This document shows positions 30,049 through 40,554 of a stretch of DNA of 47,891 nt, one piece after another. The notes under the pieces were generated by a model that had not been told where the DNA came from, did not search any database, and saw only the letters and a program-made list of their open reading frames with translations. The stretch is from Roseiarcus sp. (GTDB lineage Bacteria > Pseudomonadota > Alphaproteobacteria > Rhizobiales > Beijerinckiaceae). The stretch is from the NCBI RefSeq assembly GCF_052145395.1, contig NZ_JBKQOT010000827.1, forward strand, positions 1 through 47,891. Direction: 5' to 3'. The stretch's first letter is position 1. Each line of letters opens with the position of its first letter. Position numbers and translations under genes: made by a program.

Positions 30049-30519
30049 ATGTTCGGCAAAACCCATTCGACAAAGACGGCCGATGTCGAGAAGAAGTGGC
30101 TTCTCATCGACGCCAGGGGCCTCGTCGTCGGGCGGCTCGCGACCATCGTCGCGATGCGTCTGCGCGGCAAGCATAAACCCAGCTTCACGCCGCATATCGA
30201 CGACGGCGACAACGTGATCATTATCAACGCGGAAAAAGTCGTCCTTACCGGCAAGAAGCGCGAGGACAAGAATTATTACCACTACACGGGCTACATCGGC
30301 GGCATCAAGGAGCGGTCCGCCAAGTCGATCCTCGAGGGCAAATACCCCGAGCGCATTGTCGAGAAGGCGGTCGAGCGCATGCTTCCGCGCGGGCCGCTGG
30401 GCAAGAAGCAGCTCAGCAACCTCAAGGTCTACAAGGGCCCCGATCATCCGCACGCCGCGCAGCAGCCGGTCGTGCTCGACGTCGCCAAGATGAATCCCAA
30501 AAACACCCGGACCGTCTAA
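30049..30519 (+). CDS. rplM: 50S ribosomal protein L13
   Basis: [40 protein letters not shown]. Confidence 0.98.
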   Translation: MFGKTHSTKTADVEKKWLLIDARGLVVGRLATIVAMRLRGKHKPSFTPHIDDGDNVIIINAEKVVLTGKKREDKNYYHYTGYIGGIKERSAKSILEGKYPERIVEKAVERMLPRGPLGKKQLSNLKVYKGPDHPHAAQQPVVLDVAKMNPKNTRTV

Positions 30520-30522
30520 CCC

Positions 30523-31005
30523 ATGGCTGAAACCCTCTCCTCCCTGGCCGACCTCCAGACCTCGTCCCTCGCTCCGGCAGTCGCCGAGACTCCCGTCCAC
30601 GTCCAGAAGCTCGACAAGCAGGGCCGCGCCTACGCCACCGGCAAGCGCAAGAATGCTGTCGCCCGCGTCTGGATCAAGCCCGGCAAGGGCCTGGCGACCG
30701 TCAACGGCAAGCCGCTCGACGTGTATTTCGCACGGCCCGTGCTGCGCATGATTCTCAGCCAGCCGTTGGTCCTCGTCGACCGCATCACCCAGTACGACGT
30801 CACCGTCACCGTCAACGGCGGCGGCCTGTCGGGGCAGGCGGGCGCGGTGCGCCACGGCATCGCCAAGGCGCTGACCTACTACGAGCCCGACCTCCGGCCT
30901 GCGCTCAAGAAGGAAGGCTTCCTCACCCGCGACTCCCGCGTCGTCGAGCGCAAGAAGTACGGCCACGCCAAGGCCCGCCGCAGCTTCCAGTTCTCGAAGC
31001 GCTGA
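30523..31005 (+). CDS. rpsI: 30S ribosomal protein S9
   Basis: [35 protein letters not shown]. Confidence 0.98.
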   Translation: MAETLSSLADLQTSSLAPAVAETPVHVQKLDKQGRAYATGKRKNAVARVWIKPGKGLATVNGKPLDVYFARPVLRMILSQPLVLVDRITQYDVTVTVNGGGLSGQAGAVRHGIAKALTYYEPDLRPALKKEGFLTRDSRVVERKKYGHAKARRSFQFSKR

Positions 31006-31029
31006 GCGAGCGGCTATTTGCGGTTACGG

Positions 31030-31054
31030 AAGGGCGGCATCGGCCGCCCTTTTT
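31030..31054 (+). terminator. Rho-independent terminator of rplM-rpsI
   Basis: AAGGGCGGC-ATCG-GCCGCCCTT followed by a T run. Confidence 0.8.
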
Positions 31055-31111
31055 GTCGTCGAGCGGCGCGCACGCATCTGGAGACGCGGTCGTCGACTGC
31101 GTCCGCCGCGA

Positions 31112-31981
31112 TCAGCGATCGCGGCTCGAAAGCGCCTCAGTCGCGCGCTTGCGCCACATCACGTAGGGGATCGCCAGGACGGCCCCGGCGACGACATACA
31201 AAAGGAAGGCCGGCAGGACCGCGTTGAAGCCGGGAAAGTTTGCCGAGCTGATCGCCATCGCGACGCCGGGGTGCCGGGTGGCGGCGGCGAGCGCGAGCAC
31301 GGTGCGGTCGTTGGGCTCGGGGCCGCCGAGCCAGTGCCCGACGGCGAGGCCTACGCCGACGAAGACGGCGACAGCCCAGAATGCGCCGGTTCCGGCCAGG
31401 TCGACGATCGCGGCCCACGCGGTCATGAGCACGGCCAGAAAGCACAGCACTAGCACGATATTCGCGACATGCCCAACCGGTCGCGCAAAGCGCGCCGCGA
31501 GCTCCGGCGTGAGCCGCCGCACGAGGATGCCGACAAGAAGCGGCGCGAGCACGGTCGCGAACACGAGTTTCGCGATCGGCCAGGGGTTCATGTGGACCGG
31601 CAACTGGAACGCCAGGCCGAGCAATTCGACGGCGATGGGAACGAACACGATCGCGACCAGCGCGGCGCCGACCAAAAGCCCGATCGCGTAGGAGGGCTCG
31701 CCGCGCGCCTTGATCTGCTTCTTGGGCAGCAGAGGCGGGACCGGGGACACGGCGAGCGCCACCAGCGCCACCTCCACCGCCACCGGCAGATCGAACCTCC
31801 ACGCCATCGCCGCCGCGACCAGCGGCATGACGACGTTGATCGCCAGAACCGAGCGCAGGAGCAACCCGGGTCGGCGCAGCAGGAAGAGCGTGTCCTCGAC
31901 CCGGGACACGAGGCCGATCGCGAACACGGAGAGGACGATGCTGGCCTTCAGAGCCAGAAGAATCAGCGCTTGCGCGGTCAT
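31112..31981 (-). CDS. Bile acid:sodium symporter (BASS/SBF) family transporter
   Basis: Highly hydrophobic; LLRRPGLLLRS..A..VVMP, A.SP.PP, R..LALA.A.RHPG.A. Confidence 0.8.
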   Translation of the reverse strand: MTAQALILLALKASIVLSVFAIGLVSRVEDTLFLLRRPGLLLRSVLAINVVMPLVAAAMAWRFDLPVAVEVALVALAVSPVPPLLPKKQIKARGEPSYAIGLLVGAALVAIVFVPIAVELLGLAFQLPVHMNPWPIAKLVFATVLAPLLVGILVRRLTPELAARFARPVGHVANIVLVLCFLAVLMTAWAAIVDLAGTGAFWAVAVFVGVGLAVGHWLGGPEPNDRTVLALAAATRHPGVAMAISSANFPGFNAVLPAFLLYVVAGAVLAIPYVMWRKRATEALSSRDR

Positions 31982-32080
31982 ATGGGTCCGGTTACCCGAT
32001 GGCCGTTGCGGCGGGAAGCGAATAACGCCGCGCGACTGGCCCGTTTGGCCGCGCCTCCCTTGGGCCCGCCCTCCGAAGCT

Positions 32081-32182
32081 TCAATCGGCGGAAGACTCTT
32101 CGATAACCCTGTATAGGGCGTCCCGGTCGGCCACGTCGACAAGGGCGCCAGCGCTGTTGAGCATCGGGAGCGGAGAGCGAGC
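32081..32182 (-). pseudogene. 3' remnant of a small CopG/VapB-like antitoxin
   Basis: Translates as ARSPLPMLNSAGALVDVADRDALYRVIEESSAD*, resembling LP.F..GG.LVD.ADRDALY antitoxin tails. There is an in-frame stop upstream and no N-terminal domain. Confidence 0.45.
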
Positions 32183-32456
32183 TCAGCCTCTTTGTTATCC
32201 CCAGGCTCCTGCGTAGCGTTCGATTCCGTCGGAGGCATTCTAGACTTCCGCTGGGCCCGACTCCAGGTGTTTGCGGGTGCGCCAGGCAGAGCCCAGCCAC
32301 GGCGGCGCCTCGCACCGCTTGACCGTGACGCCCGTTTCATAGGAAAGACCTGCGCCATGATCGTCCGCCCGCACCGCCGACTGCGCCGACGCTGAAGAGA
32401 GCGCGTGGCCGCGCGCGAGCGCGATTGGGTTTCGGATTGAGGATTACGAGGCGATC

Positions 32457-33368
32457 ATGGCGACGATCTTCATCGACGGCGAGGCGGGGACCACCGGGCT
32501 CCAGATCCGGGAGAAGCTCGACGGCGTGAGCGGGATCGAACTCGCGAGCCTCGCCCCCGAGGCGCGCAAGGACCCGGCCGCCAAGCAGAAAATCTATGAG
32601 GACGTGGACGTCGTCATCCTCTGCCTGCCGGACGAGGCGGCCAAGGAGGCGGCGAAGCTCGTCGACGCCATGGGCGTGAAGGCGCCGCGCGTGATCGACG
32701 CGTCCTCGGCCCACCGCGTCGCGCCCGGCTGGATCTATGGATTTCCCGAGCTCATCGCCGGCCAGGACGAGGCGGTGGCCAAGGCGAAGAAAGTGACCAA
32801 TCCGGGCTGCCACGCCACCGGCGCGATCGCGCTTTTGAGGCCGCTCGTCGACGCCGGCCTCTTGCCGAAGGAGACGCCGGTGTCGATCACCTCGGTCAGC
32901 GGCTATTCCGGCGGCGGCAAGTCGATGATCGAGGCCTTCGAGACCGGCAAGGCGCCGGCCTTCGAGCTCTACGGCCTCGCCCTCGAACACAAGCACATGC
33001 CGGAGATCCAGCTTTATTCCGGCCTCGTTGCGCGGCCGATCTTCGTTCCTTCGGTCGGCAATTTCAGGCAGGGCATGCTGGTCAGCGTGCCGCTGCATCT
33101 CGACGCGCTGCCGAAGAAGCCGACGCTCGCGGACCTCAAGGCGGTGTTCGACAAGCACTACGACGGGCGGAACTTCTTCCGGGTGTTCGCCACGACGGAG
33201 AACGCCCGGATCGAGCCGGAATTGCTCAACGGCAGCAACGACATCGAGATTCACGTCTTCGCCAACGAGGCCCGCCGGCAGGCGGTGCTCACCGCCAAGT
33301 TCGACAACCTTGGCAAGGGCGCGTCGGGCGCGGCGGTGCAGAACCTGATGCTGATGCTCGGGCGCTGA
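32457..33368 (+). CDS. argC: N-acetyl-gamma-glutamyl-phosphate reductase (type 2)
   Basis: IFIDGEAGTTGLQI, NPGCHATG, SGYSGGGK, DNLGKGASGAAVQN. Confidence 0.95.
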   Translation: MATIFIDGEAGTTGLQIREKLDGVSGIELASLAPEARKDPAAKQKIYEDVDVVILCLPDEAAKEAAKLVDAMGVKAPRVIDASSAHRVAPGWIYGFPELIAGQDEAVAKAKKVTNPGCHATGAIALLRPLVDAGLLPKETPVSITSVSGYSGGGKSMIEAFETGKAPAFELYGLALEHKHMPEIQLYSGLVARPIFVPSVGNFRQGMLVSVPLHLDALPKKPTLADLKAVFDKHYDGRNFFRVFATTENARIEPELLNGSNDIEIHVFANEARRQAVLTAKFDNLGKGASGAAVQNLMLMLGR

Positions 33369-33409
33369 GGCCGCCAAAGCGCAGCACGGTCCTTGCTTCC
33401 GCTCGGCGC

Positions 33410-33992
33410 ATGCGCGTCCTCTATATCTACTGCCATCCGCTGCCCGAAAGCTTTCACGCCGCCGTCCGCGCGGAGGCGCTCGCGGGCCTGAAGGCCGCGG
33501 GCCACGAGATCGACCTCCTCGATCTCTATGCCGAGAAATTCGATCCTGTCCTCAGCGAGGAAGGACGGCGGCATTACCATGACGCGCCGCAAAACCGTGT
33601 CGGGCTCGAGCCGCTCATCGCGCGCCTGACCGCCGCCGAGGCGATCGTCATGCAGTTTCCGACCTGGTGCTTACATGCCGGCGATGCTGAAGGGGTTTTG
33701 CGATCGGGTGCTGATGCCGGGCGTCGCCTTCGACCTCTCCGACCCGGCGCACGTGAAGCCGATGCTGTTCAACGTGCGCCGGATTGTCGGGATCGTCACC
33801 TATGGCCGGCCCTGGCGGATGGCCAAATGGATGGGCGATCCGCCGAAGACAATGGTCACGCGCTATTTGCGCTGGTTCACGGGCGGAAAGGCGCGGGCGG
33901 ACTATTACGCGCTTTACCACATGAATGTCGCAAATGAAGCGCAGCGCAAGGCGTTCATCGCCCGGGTCGGGGCGGCGATGCGCAAGCTCTGA
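33410..33992 (+). pseudogene. Flavodoxin-2 family NAD(P)H:quinone oxidoreductase, frameshifted at about 33671 (or sequencing error)
   Basis: IYCHP..ESF, DLYAE.FDPV and FPTWC are in frame 1. MPAMLKG.CDRV...G.AF continues in another frame (33675..33992). Confidence 0.75.
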
Positions 33993-34057
33993 CACGCTGG
34001 CGCCGCGAGCGCGCGCGTAGCCTCGTCGCTGTCGGATTTTTGGGAAGGGAAGCGCTC

Positions 34058-34723
34058 ATGATCGTCGTCCATCACCTCAATCATTCGCGCTCGCAGCGGG
34101 TGCTCTGGCTCCTGGAAGAGCTCGAGCTGCCTTACGAGATCCAATTTTACGAGCGCGATCCTGTGACGCGCCTCGCGCCGCCGGCGCTGAAGGCCGTCCA
34201 TCCGCTCGGCAAGTCGCCCGTTCTGGTCGACGACGGCGTGACCATCGCGGAGACCGGCGCGATCGTGGACTATTTGGTCGAGAAGGCGGGCGGACGCCTG
34301 CGGCCGGAGTTGGGGACGCCGGACCGGCTGCGCTGGACCTACTGGATGCATTTCGCCGAGGGGTCGCTGATGCCGCAGATTCTCCTGGACCTGGTGCTGT
34401 CGACCCTGCCGGGCCGCGCGCCGGGGCCGCTCCAGGAGGCGGCGAAGTCGGCCGCCGAGGCCGCGCGGCAGGCTTATGCATCGCCGAACCTCAAGACCAT
34501 GTTCGACTTTATCGAGGCGGAGCTGGCTGCGCGCCCCTGGTTCGCGGGCGAGGAATTCTCGTCGGCTGACGTCATGATGAGCTTTCCGCTCGAAGCGGGC
34601 GGGGCGCGGGCCGGGGCCTTCGAAGGCCGGCGGAAGCTCGAGGCCTTCGTCGAACGCATCCATGCCCGTCCCGCCTACCGCAAGGCGTTGGCGCGGGGCG
34701 GCCCGTACGCCTACGCGCGGTGA
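34058..34723 (+). CDS. Glutathione S-transferase
   Basis: HHLNHSRSQRVLWLLEEL, HPLGKSPV, ETGAI, FAG.EFS.ADVMMSFPLE. Confidence 0.92.
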   Translation: MIVVHHLNHSRSQRVLWLLEELELPYEIQFYERDPVTRLAPPALKAVHPLGKSPVLVDDGVTIAETGAIVDYLVEKAGGRLRPELGTPDRLRWTYWMHFAEGSLMPQILLDLVLSTLPGRAPGPLQEAAKSAAEAARQAYASPNLKTMFDFIEAELAARPWFAGEEFSSADVMMSFPLEAGGARAGAFEGRRKLEAFVERIHARPAYRKALARGGPYAYAR

Positions 34724-34753
34724 GGCAAGCGGTGCGACGCTCCTCGCAAGCCT

Positions 34754-34814
34754 TCACCACGAAGGGCGCGAAGGCCCACCAGGGCTTCGTGCATCTTCGT
34801 GTCCTTGGTGGTGA
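34754..34814. repeat. REP-like imperfect palindrome of CACCACGAAG/CTTCGTG type
   Basis: TCACCACGAAGGGCGCGAAG...CTTCGTGCATCTTCGTGTCCTTGGTGGTGA; a related degenerate copy is at 43375-43427. Confidence 0.65.
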
Positions 34815-34994
34815 TAATCGCCTCGCGCCGCCGGAGATTTTCCCAGGGGAGCGGTTTGATACCGGTGCGTGGGCGCGGAAATTGCGCTATCGTCGGCCGA
34901 CAGGGCGGGGCGGATTTGCGGAGGCGGGCATGGGCGTGCTTTTGTCCGGGATCGAGCCCGCGCAGGGTCTCGGCCGTTGCGGTCGGCGCGATCC

Positions 34995-35840
34995 ATGATC
35001 ACGCTGCCCAAGCTCGCCGCCGATGCGCTGGGCGCGTTCCTGGCCGCCGACATGAAGGACCGGTTCGGGGTGTCGCACGCGCGCCTCGCCGAGATCGTCC
35101 CGTTCGCCGCGCGGCTTGCGATCGATTGCATCGGCAACAGCGACGCCCTCTATCACGACATCGAGCATACGATGCTGGTCACGCTTGCCGGCCACGACAT
35201 TTTTAAGGGCCGGGCGCTGGTCGTGGACTCGACGCCGTCCGATTACTGCCACTTCATCGTCGCCTGCCTGACACACGACATCGGCTACGTCCGCGGACTC
35301 CTGAACGGGGACGAAGCGGACCGTTACGTCGTCGACGCCGCCGGCCGTAAGGTCGCCGTGCCCCGCGGCGCCTCCGACGCCGCGCTCGCGCCTTATCATG
35401 TCGAACGGTCGATGCTGTTCGTGCTGGATCGGTTTTCGCGGATCGACGAGCTCGACGGATCGCGCGTCGCACGCGCGATCGAGCACACACGCTTCCCGTA
35501 CTCGAAGAAGCCCGAGGATCCAAACGTGGGCGAGGAAGCGGGCCTGCTCAGAGCTGCGGATCTGATCGGACAGCTCGGCGATCCCCATTATCTGAAAAAG
35601 GCGAATGCGCTCTATTGCGAATTTGAAGAAAACGGCTTGAACAGACAACTCGGCTACAGTTCGCCTGCCGATCTTGTCGATAAATATCCGACCTTCTACT
35701 GGGAAAACGTCTCTCCCTATATCCAGGACGCCATTCATTACCTGAGCCTGACGTCGAGCGGACGCCAGTGGATCAACGGTCTCTACGCCAACGTATTTCG
35801 CGCGGAGCACGAGCTGCGCCAGCACGGGCCGCAACCGTAA
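34995..35840 (+). CDS. HD-domain metal-dependent phosphohydrolase
   Basis: SDALYHDIEHT, HDIGY, PYHVERS, RAADLIGQLGDP. Confidence 0.85.
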   Translation: MITLPKLAADALGAFLAADMKDRFGVSHARLAEIVPFAARLAIDCIGNSDALYHDIEHTMLVTLAGHDIFKGRALVVDSTPSDYCHFIVACLTHDIGYVRGLLNGDEADRYVVDAAGRKVAVPRGASDAALAPYHVERSMLFVLDRFSRIDELDGSRVARAIEHTRFPYSKKPEDPNVGEEAGLLRAADLIGQLGDPHYLKKANALYCEFEENGLNRQLGYSSPADLVDKYPTFYWENVSPYIQDAIHYLSLTSSGRQWINGLYANVFRAEHELRQHGPQP

Positions 35841-35879
35841 AATTGCGGTAACTCCCGAACAGGAAGGCCGATTCCGCAC

Positions 35880-35910
35880 CCACGACCTCGTCCTGAGGAC
35901 GAGGTCGTGG
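35880..35910. repeat. Perfect palindrome with 15-bp arms between convergent genes
   Basis: CCACGACCTCGTCCT-G-AGGACGAGGTCGTGG. Confidence 0.8.
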
Positions 35911-35977
35911 TGTGAGAAACGCCCTCCTTGAAACTAACGAATTCCGGGAATGGCGGCGCCGCCAGGGCGTTCGCCCG

Positions 35978-36472
35978 TCACGGACGCCGATGGATGGGAT
36001 CGACCCAGTAGACTTCTTCCGGCTTCTCGACGGGCTCGACATTGGCGATGTTCACCACGACCGCTTCGTTGTCTGAGCGCACGAGGACGCATTCCAGGGT
36101 TTGATCGGGATCGGCGTTGATTTCCTGGTGCGGCACGTAGGGCGGCACGAAGATGAAGTCGCCGGGTCCGGCCTCGGCCACGAACTCAAGCCGCTCGCCC
36201 CAGCGCATGCGCGCCCGTCCTTTCACGACATAGATGACGCTCTCGAGCGCGCCATGGTGATGGACGCCCGTCTTGGCGTCCGGCTCGATGCTGACGGTCC
36301 CCGCCCAGATCTTCTGGGCGCCGACCCGCGCATGGTTGATCGCCGCCTGCCGGAACATTCCGGGCGTCTGCGCGGTGTTGGGGTCGAGCTGATCGCCCTT
36401 GATGACGCGCACGCCGTCGTATTTCCAGCGGTCGCTGGCTTCATGGGGCTCGTGGTCGTGGGCCATGGCCAT
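35978..36472 (-). CDS. Cupin-domain protein (RmlC-like)
   Basis: TG.HHHG.LES.IYV..G, PGDFIFVPPYVPHQE.N. Confidence 0.88.
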   Translation of the reverse strand: MAMAHDHEPHEASDRWKYDGVRVIKGDQLDPNTAQTPGMFRQAAINHARVGAQKIWAGTVSIEPDAKTGVHHHGALESVIYVVKGRARMRWGERLEFVAEAGPGDFIFVPPYVPHQEINADPDQTLECVLVRSDNEAVVVNIANVEPVEKPEEVYWVDPIHRRP

Positions 36473-36651
36473 CCCTCTTCAGTACGCTTGCCTGGTGGAG
36501 TCTAGCCGGGCGCACGGGCGCGGCGCCAGAGGCTTTGAGCTTCCCGCATCAACCTCTCGTGAGCGCCAGCGCCGGAAGGTCGGAAGCGCCTCAGGGAGGC
36601 GCCGGCGCCGGCCCTTTTGCGTTCCCACGCGGTTTGCGCCAAAGAGCGCGC

Positions 36652-37944
36652 ATGACTCCCGTCGCCCGCGTCTCCGCCGCCATCGAAGTTTTGGCCGACA
36701 TTGAGGGCCGCCGCCGTCCCGCATCAGACGCGATGAAGGACTGGGGGCTCACGCATCGGTTCGCGGGGTCCGGCGACCGCGCGGCGATCTCGGCCCTCGT
36801 CTATGACGCGCTGCGCCGGAAAAGCTCGTCTGCGTGGCTGATGGGCGAATCCACGCCGCGCGCCGAGGCGATCGGCGCGCTCAAGCAGACGCGCGGCCTC
36901 GACCTTGGGGCGATCGCAGCGCTGTTTACCGGCGAGGGCCACGCGCCGGCGGCGCTGAGCGACGGCGAGCGCGACCGCCTTGCGACCGCGACCCTCGAGG
37001 GCGCGCCGGCGCACGTGGCCGGCGACTTTCCAGAATGGCTCGCGCCGCAGTTCGAGGCGGCGTTCGGCGCCGAGGCGGCCGAGGAGGGGCGGGCGCTCGC
37101 CGACCGCGCACCAGTCGACCTGCGCGCCAATCTCATCAAGACCACGCGCGAAAAGGCGCTCGCTGCGCTCGCGCATCTTAGCGCCGAGCCGACGCCGCTG
37201 TCGCCGGTCGGCTTGCGCATCGCCATCCGCCCGGACGGGCGGGGACCGGCGCTCAACGCCGAGCCGGCCTACGTCAAGGGGCTCATCGAGATTCAGGACG
37301 AAGGCTCGCAGCTCGCCGCGCTCCTCAGCGAGGCGAAACCCGGCCTGCAGGTCCTCGACCTCTGCGCAGGCGCCGGCGGCAAGACCTTGGCGCTCGCCGC
37401 CATGATGGACAATCACGGGCAGGTCTATGCGACCGACGAGGACAGGCGTCGGCTCACACCGATCTTCGATCGACTCACGCGCTCGGGCGCCCGCAACGTG
37501 CAGGTCCGCGCGCCAAAGGGCCAAGCGGACGTCGTCGCCGATCTTGAGGGCCGCTGCGACCTCGTGATGATCGACGCGCCCTGCACCGGCTCGGGGGCGT
37601 GGCGGCGGAACCCCGACGCGAAGTGGCGCATACGTCCGGGCGCGCTGGAGCAGCGCATGAAGGATCAGGATGAAGCGCTTGAAAACGCGGTGCGTTTCGT
37701 GAAGCCTAGTGGGCGCATCGTCTATGTCACCTGCTCGGTGCTGCGGGCCGAGAACGAGGACCGCGCCTCCGCCTTTCTAGGCCGGCACGACGACTTTCTG
37801 CCCGTGGACGCGGCGACTGCGGCGCGCGCGGCCGGCCTCCCGGCCCTCGCCGAGCGGGCCTCGCCGTTCGGCCCCGGCCTCCGGCTGAGCCCCCACACGA
37901 CGGGGACGGATGGGTTCTACGTCGCTACGCTCGTGAAACTGTAG
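36652..37944 (+). CDS. RsmB/NOP family RNA m5C methyltransferase
   Basis: QDEGSQL, VLDLCAGAGGKT, DAPCTGSG.WRRNPD, YVTCS...ENE, TDGFY. Confidence 0.92.
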   Translation: MTPVARVSAAIEVLADIEGRRRPASDAMKDWGLTHRFAGSGDRAAISALVYDALRRKSSSAWLMGESTPRAEAIGALKQTRGLDLGAIAALFTGEGHAPAALSDGERDRLATATLEGAPAHVAGDFPEWLAPQFEAAFGAEAAEEGRALADRAPVDLRANLIKTTREKALAALAHLSAEPTPLSPVGLRIAIRPDGRGPALNAEPAYVKGLIEIQDEGSQLAALLSEAKPGLQVLDLCAGAGGKTLALAAMMDNHGQVYATDEDRRRLTPIFDRLTRSGARNVQVRAPKGQADVVADLEGRCDLVMIDAPCTGSGAWRRNPDAKWRIRPGALEQRMKDQDEALENAVRFVKPSGRIVYVTCSVLRAENEDRASAFLGRHDDFLPVDAATAARAAGLPALAERASPFGPGLRLSPHTTGTDGFYVATLVKL

Positions 37945-37996
37945 CGGTCGCCGTCTTGTATCGCGCCTAGCCCGGGAATTGTCAGTAGAATGGCCG

Positions 37997-39040
37997 CTAG
38001 CCGCCGAACACGTCGTTCGTCTGCGCCGTGACGCGGACGAAGGTCGTCCGCTTGGAGACCTCCTTGAGGTGAGCCGCGCCGATATAGGTCATCATCGAGC
38101 GCACCCCGCCCATGATCCCGGCCATCGTGCCTTCGACCGGGCCGCGATAGGGCGTCTCCACGCTCTTGCCCTCGGCGGCCCGGTAGTGGGCGACCCCGCC
38201 GGCGTATTTCTTCATCGCCGTCTCCGACGACATGCCGTAGAACGACATGCTGACCGGGACCTTCTCGCCATCGCGTGTTTCGTAGCGGATGTCGCCGGCG
38301 CATTCGTCGTGGCCGGCGAGCATGCCGCCGAGCATCACGAAATCCGCCCCGGCCCCGTAGGCCTTGGCGATGTCCCCGGGAACCGTGCAGCCGCCGTCGG
38401 CGCAGACGAGCCCCTTGAGGCCGTGCGCGGCGTCGGCGCATTCGATGATCGCGGAAAGCTGCGGATAGCCGACGCCGGTGACGCGCCGCGTCGTGCACAC
38501 CGACCCCGGCCCGATCCCGATCTTGATGATGTCGGCCCCGGCGATCACCAGGGCCTCAGTCATGTCGCCGGTCACGACGTTGCCCGCCATGATGACGGCC
38601 TCCGGGTGGTCGTCGCGGACCCGCTTGACGACGTCGAGGAACTTTTCGAAGTAGCCGTTGGCGACGTCGAGGCAGATGAGCCGGACCGGCGTTTGCTTGG
38701 CCACGGCGGCGAGCTTCTTGAGGTCGGCCGCGGTCGTCCCGAGGGAGTAGAAGGCGTGCGCGCCGTCCGGCCCGGCGAAGAACTTGACGAGCTCGTCCTC
38801 CGGATAATGCTTGTGCAGGGCGGTCAGCGCCCCATGTTTACCGAGCGCCCGGGCCATCGCCAGGGTGCCGGTCACGTCCATGTTGGCGGCGATGAGCGGA
38901 AACCCTTTCCACTCCGAGCCTGTGTGCAGGAAGCGGAACGCCCGGTTGACATCGACCGCGCTGCGGGTGTTGAGCGTCGAACGCTTCGGTCGGATCAGAA
39001 CGTCCTTGAAATCCAGCTTGACGTCGGTTTCGATGCGCAT
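37997..39040 (-). CDS. guaC: GMP reductase (type 1)
   Basis: [58 protein letters not shown]; 347 aa with no CBS domains. Confidence 0.93.
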   Translation of the reverse strand: MRIETDVKLDFKDVLIRPKRSTLNTRSAVDVNRAFRFLHTGSEWKGFPLIAANMDVTGTLAMARALGKHGALTALHKHYPEDELVKFFAGPDGAHAFYSLGTTAADLKKLAAVAKQTPVRLICLDVANGYFEKFLDVVKRVRDDHPEAVIMAGNVVTGDMTEALVIAGADIIKIGIGPGSVCTTRRVTGVGYPQLSAIIECADAAHGLKGLVCADGGCTVPGDIAKAYGAGADFVMLGGMLAGHDECAGDIRYETRDGEKVPVSMSFYGMSSETAMKKYAGGVAHYRAAEGKSVETPYRGPVEGTMAGIMGGVRSMMTYIGAAHLKEVSKRTTFVRVTAQTNDVFGG

Positions 39041-39138
39041 GAGCGGTCCGGGTTCGGGAAGGCGAGCATCGCCTTTTCGTCATTGATCTATCACAAAGGG
39101 CCGGTGAAGCGTATCGGGACGCAAACGGAGAGCGAGGC

Positions 39139-39774
39139 ATGAGCGACGAACTGGTCTTCTACACCCATCCTATGTCCCGCGCCCGCCTCGTCCGGTGGAT
39201 GCTGGAGGAGGTCGGCCAGCCCTATGAGACGAAGATCCTGGAGTTCGGACATTCGATGAAGAGCCCGGACTATCTGGCGATCAATCCGATGGGCAAGGTG
39301 CCGGCGATCCGCCACGGCGACACGGTCGTCACGGAAGCCGCCGCCATCTGCGCCTATCTGGCCGACGTCTTTCCCGCCGCCGGACTCGCGCCGCCCCCGG
39401 CGTCGCGCGAGCGCGGGCCGTACTACCGCTGGCTGTTCTTCGCCGCGGGGCCGGTGGAGGCGGCGGTCACCGACAAGGCGCTCGGCTGCGAGGTCCCCCA
39501 GGACCGGGAGGGCATGGTCGGTTACGGCAACATGGAGCGGACGCTGGCCGCGCTGGAGGGCGCGCTTTACCGGACGGAATACATCGCCGGAGACCACTTT
39601 ACCGCCGCCGACGTCTATGTCGGCTCGCAGATCGGCTGGGGGATGGCGTTCCGGGGGATCGACAGGCGCCCGGCGTTCGAGCGCTACTGGGGGCTGATCA
39701 GCGCCCGCCCGGCCGCGATCCGCGCCAAGGCGATCGACGACGCGATCGTCGAGGAGCGCAAGAAGGCGAGCTAA
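39139..39774 (+). CDS. Glutathione S-transferase family protein
   Basis: HPMSRAR.VRWMLEE.G, INPMGKVP, TEAAAICAYLAD, FTAADVY. Confidence 0.92.
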   Translation: MSDELVFYTHPMSRARLVRWMLEEVGQPYETKILEFGHSMKSPDYLAINPMGKVPAIRHGDTVVTEAAAICAYLADVFPAAGLAPPPASRERGPYYRWLFFAAGPVEAAVTDKALGCEVPQDREGMVGYGNMERTLAALEGALYRTEYIAGDHFTAADVYVGSQIGWGMAFRGIDRRPAFERYWGLISARPAAIRAKAIDDAIVEERKKAS

Positions 39775-39807
39775 GCAAGAGACGCGCCCGGGAAGGGGAT
39801 GAGATCC

Positions 39808-40554
39808 ATGCGACTGAAAGGCAAGGCCGCGCTGGTGACCGGCGCGGGGCAGGGCTTTGGCTACGGCGTCGCCGAGACATTCGTCCGGGAGGGCGCGCGG
39901 GTCGCCTGCCTGGACCTCAGGGCGGAGATCGCCGAGGCGGCGGCAAAGCGCTTCGGCCCCCAGGCGATCGCGCTCACGGCCGACGTCTCGAAGCGCGAGG
40001 ACGTCGACCGGGCGGCGAAAGCTGCGATCGAGGCGTTCGGCCGAGTCGACATCGTGGTCAACAACGCGGGCACCACCCATCGCAACAAGCCGCTGATGGA
40101 GGTCGAGGAGGCGGAGTTCGACCGCATCTTCGCCGTCAACGTGAAATCGCTGCTGCTCACCGCCCAGGCCTTCGTCCCGCACATGCGGGCGCAGGGCGGC
40201 GGCGTCTTCATCAACGTCGGCTCGACGGCGGCGCTCAGGCCTCGGCCGGGCCTCACCGTCTACAACGCCTCCAAGGGCGCCGTGCATGTCATGACGAAGT
40301 CGATGGCGGTCGAACTGGCGCCCGACCGGATCCGGGTCTGCGCGCTGGCGCCGGTCGCCGGCGAGACGCCGCTCTTGGCCATGTTCATGGGGGAGGACAC
40401 GCCGGAAAAGCGCGCCGCCTTCAAGGCGACCGTGCCGCTCGGCCGGTTTTCGACCCCGGCCGATATCGGCGGCGCGGCGCTCTATCTCGCCAGCGACGAC
40501 GCGGCGTTCCTGACCGGGGTGGTGCTCGAGGTGGACGGGGGGCGCTGCATCTGA
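39808..40554 (+). CDS. Short-chain dehydrogenase/reductase
   Basis: TGAGQGFG, VNNAG, YNASK catalytic motif, VDGG. Confidence 0.92.
   Translation: MRLKGKAALVTGAGQGFGYGVAETFVREGARVACLDLRAEIAEAAAKRFGPQAIALTADVSKREDVDRAAKAAIEAFGRVDIVVNNAGTTHRNKPLMEVEEAEFDRIFAVNVKSLLLTAQAFVPHMRAQGGGVFINVGSTAALRPRPGLTVYNASKGAVHVMTKSMAVELAPDRIRVCALAPVAGETPLLAMFMGEDTPEKRAAFKATVPLGRFSTPADIGGAALYLASDDAAFLTGVVLEVDGGRCI

Noticed and set aside
32218-32227. GTTCGATTCC tRNA T-loop-like motif
   Set aside because: The flanks do not form a T-stem or cloverleaf.
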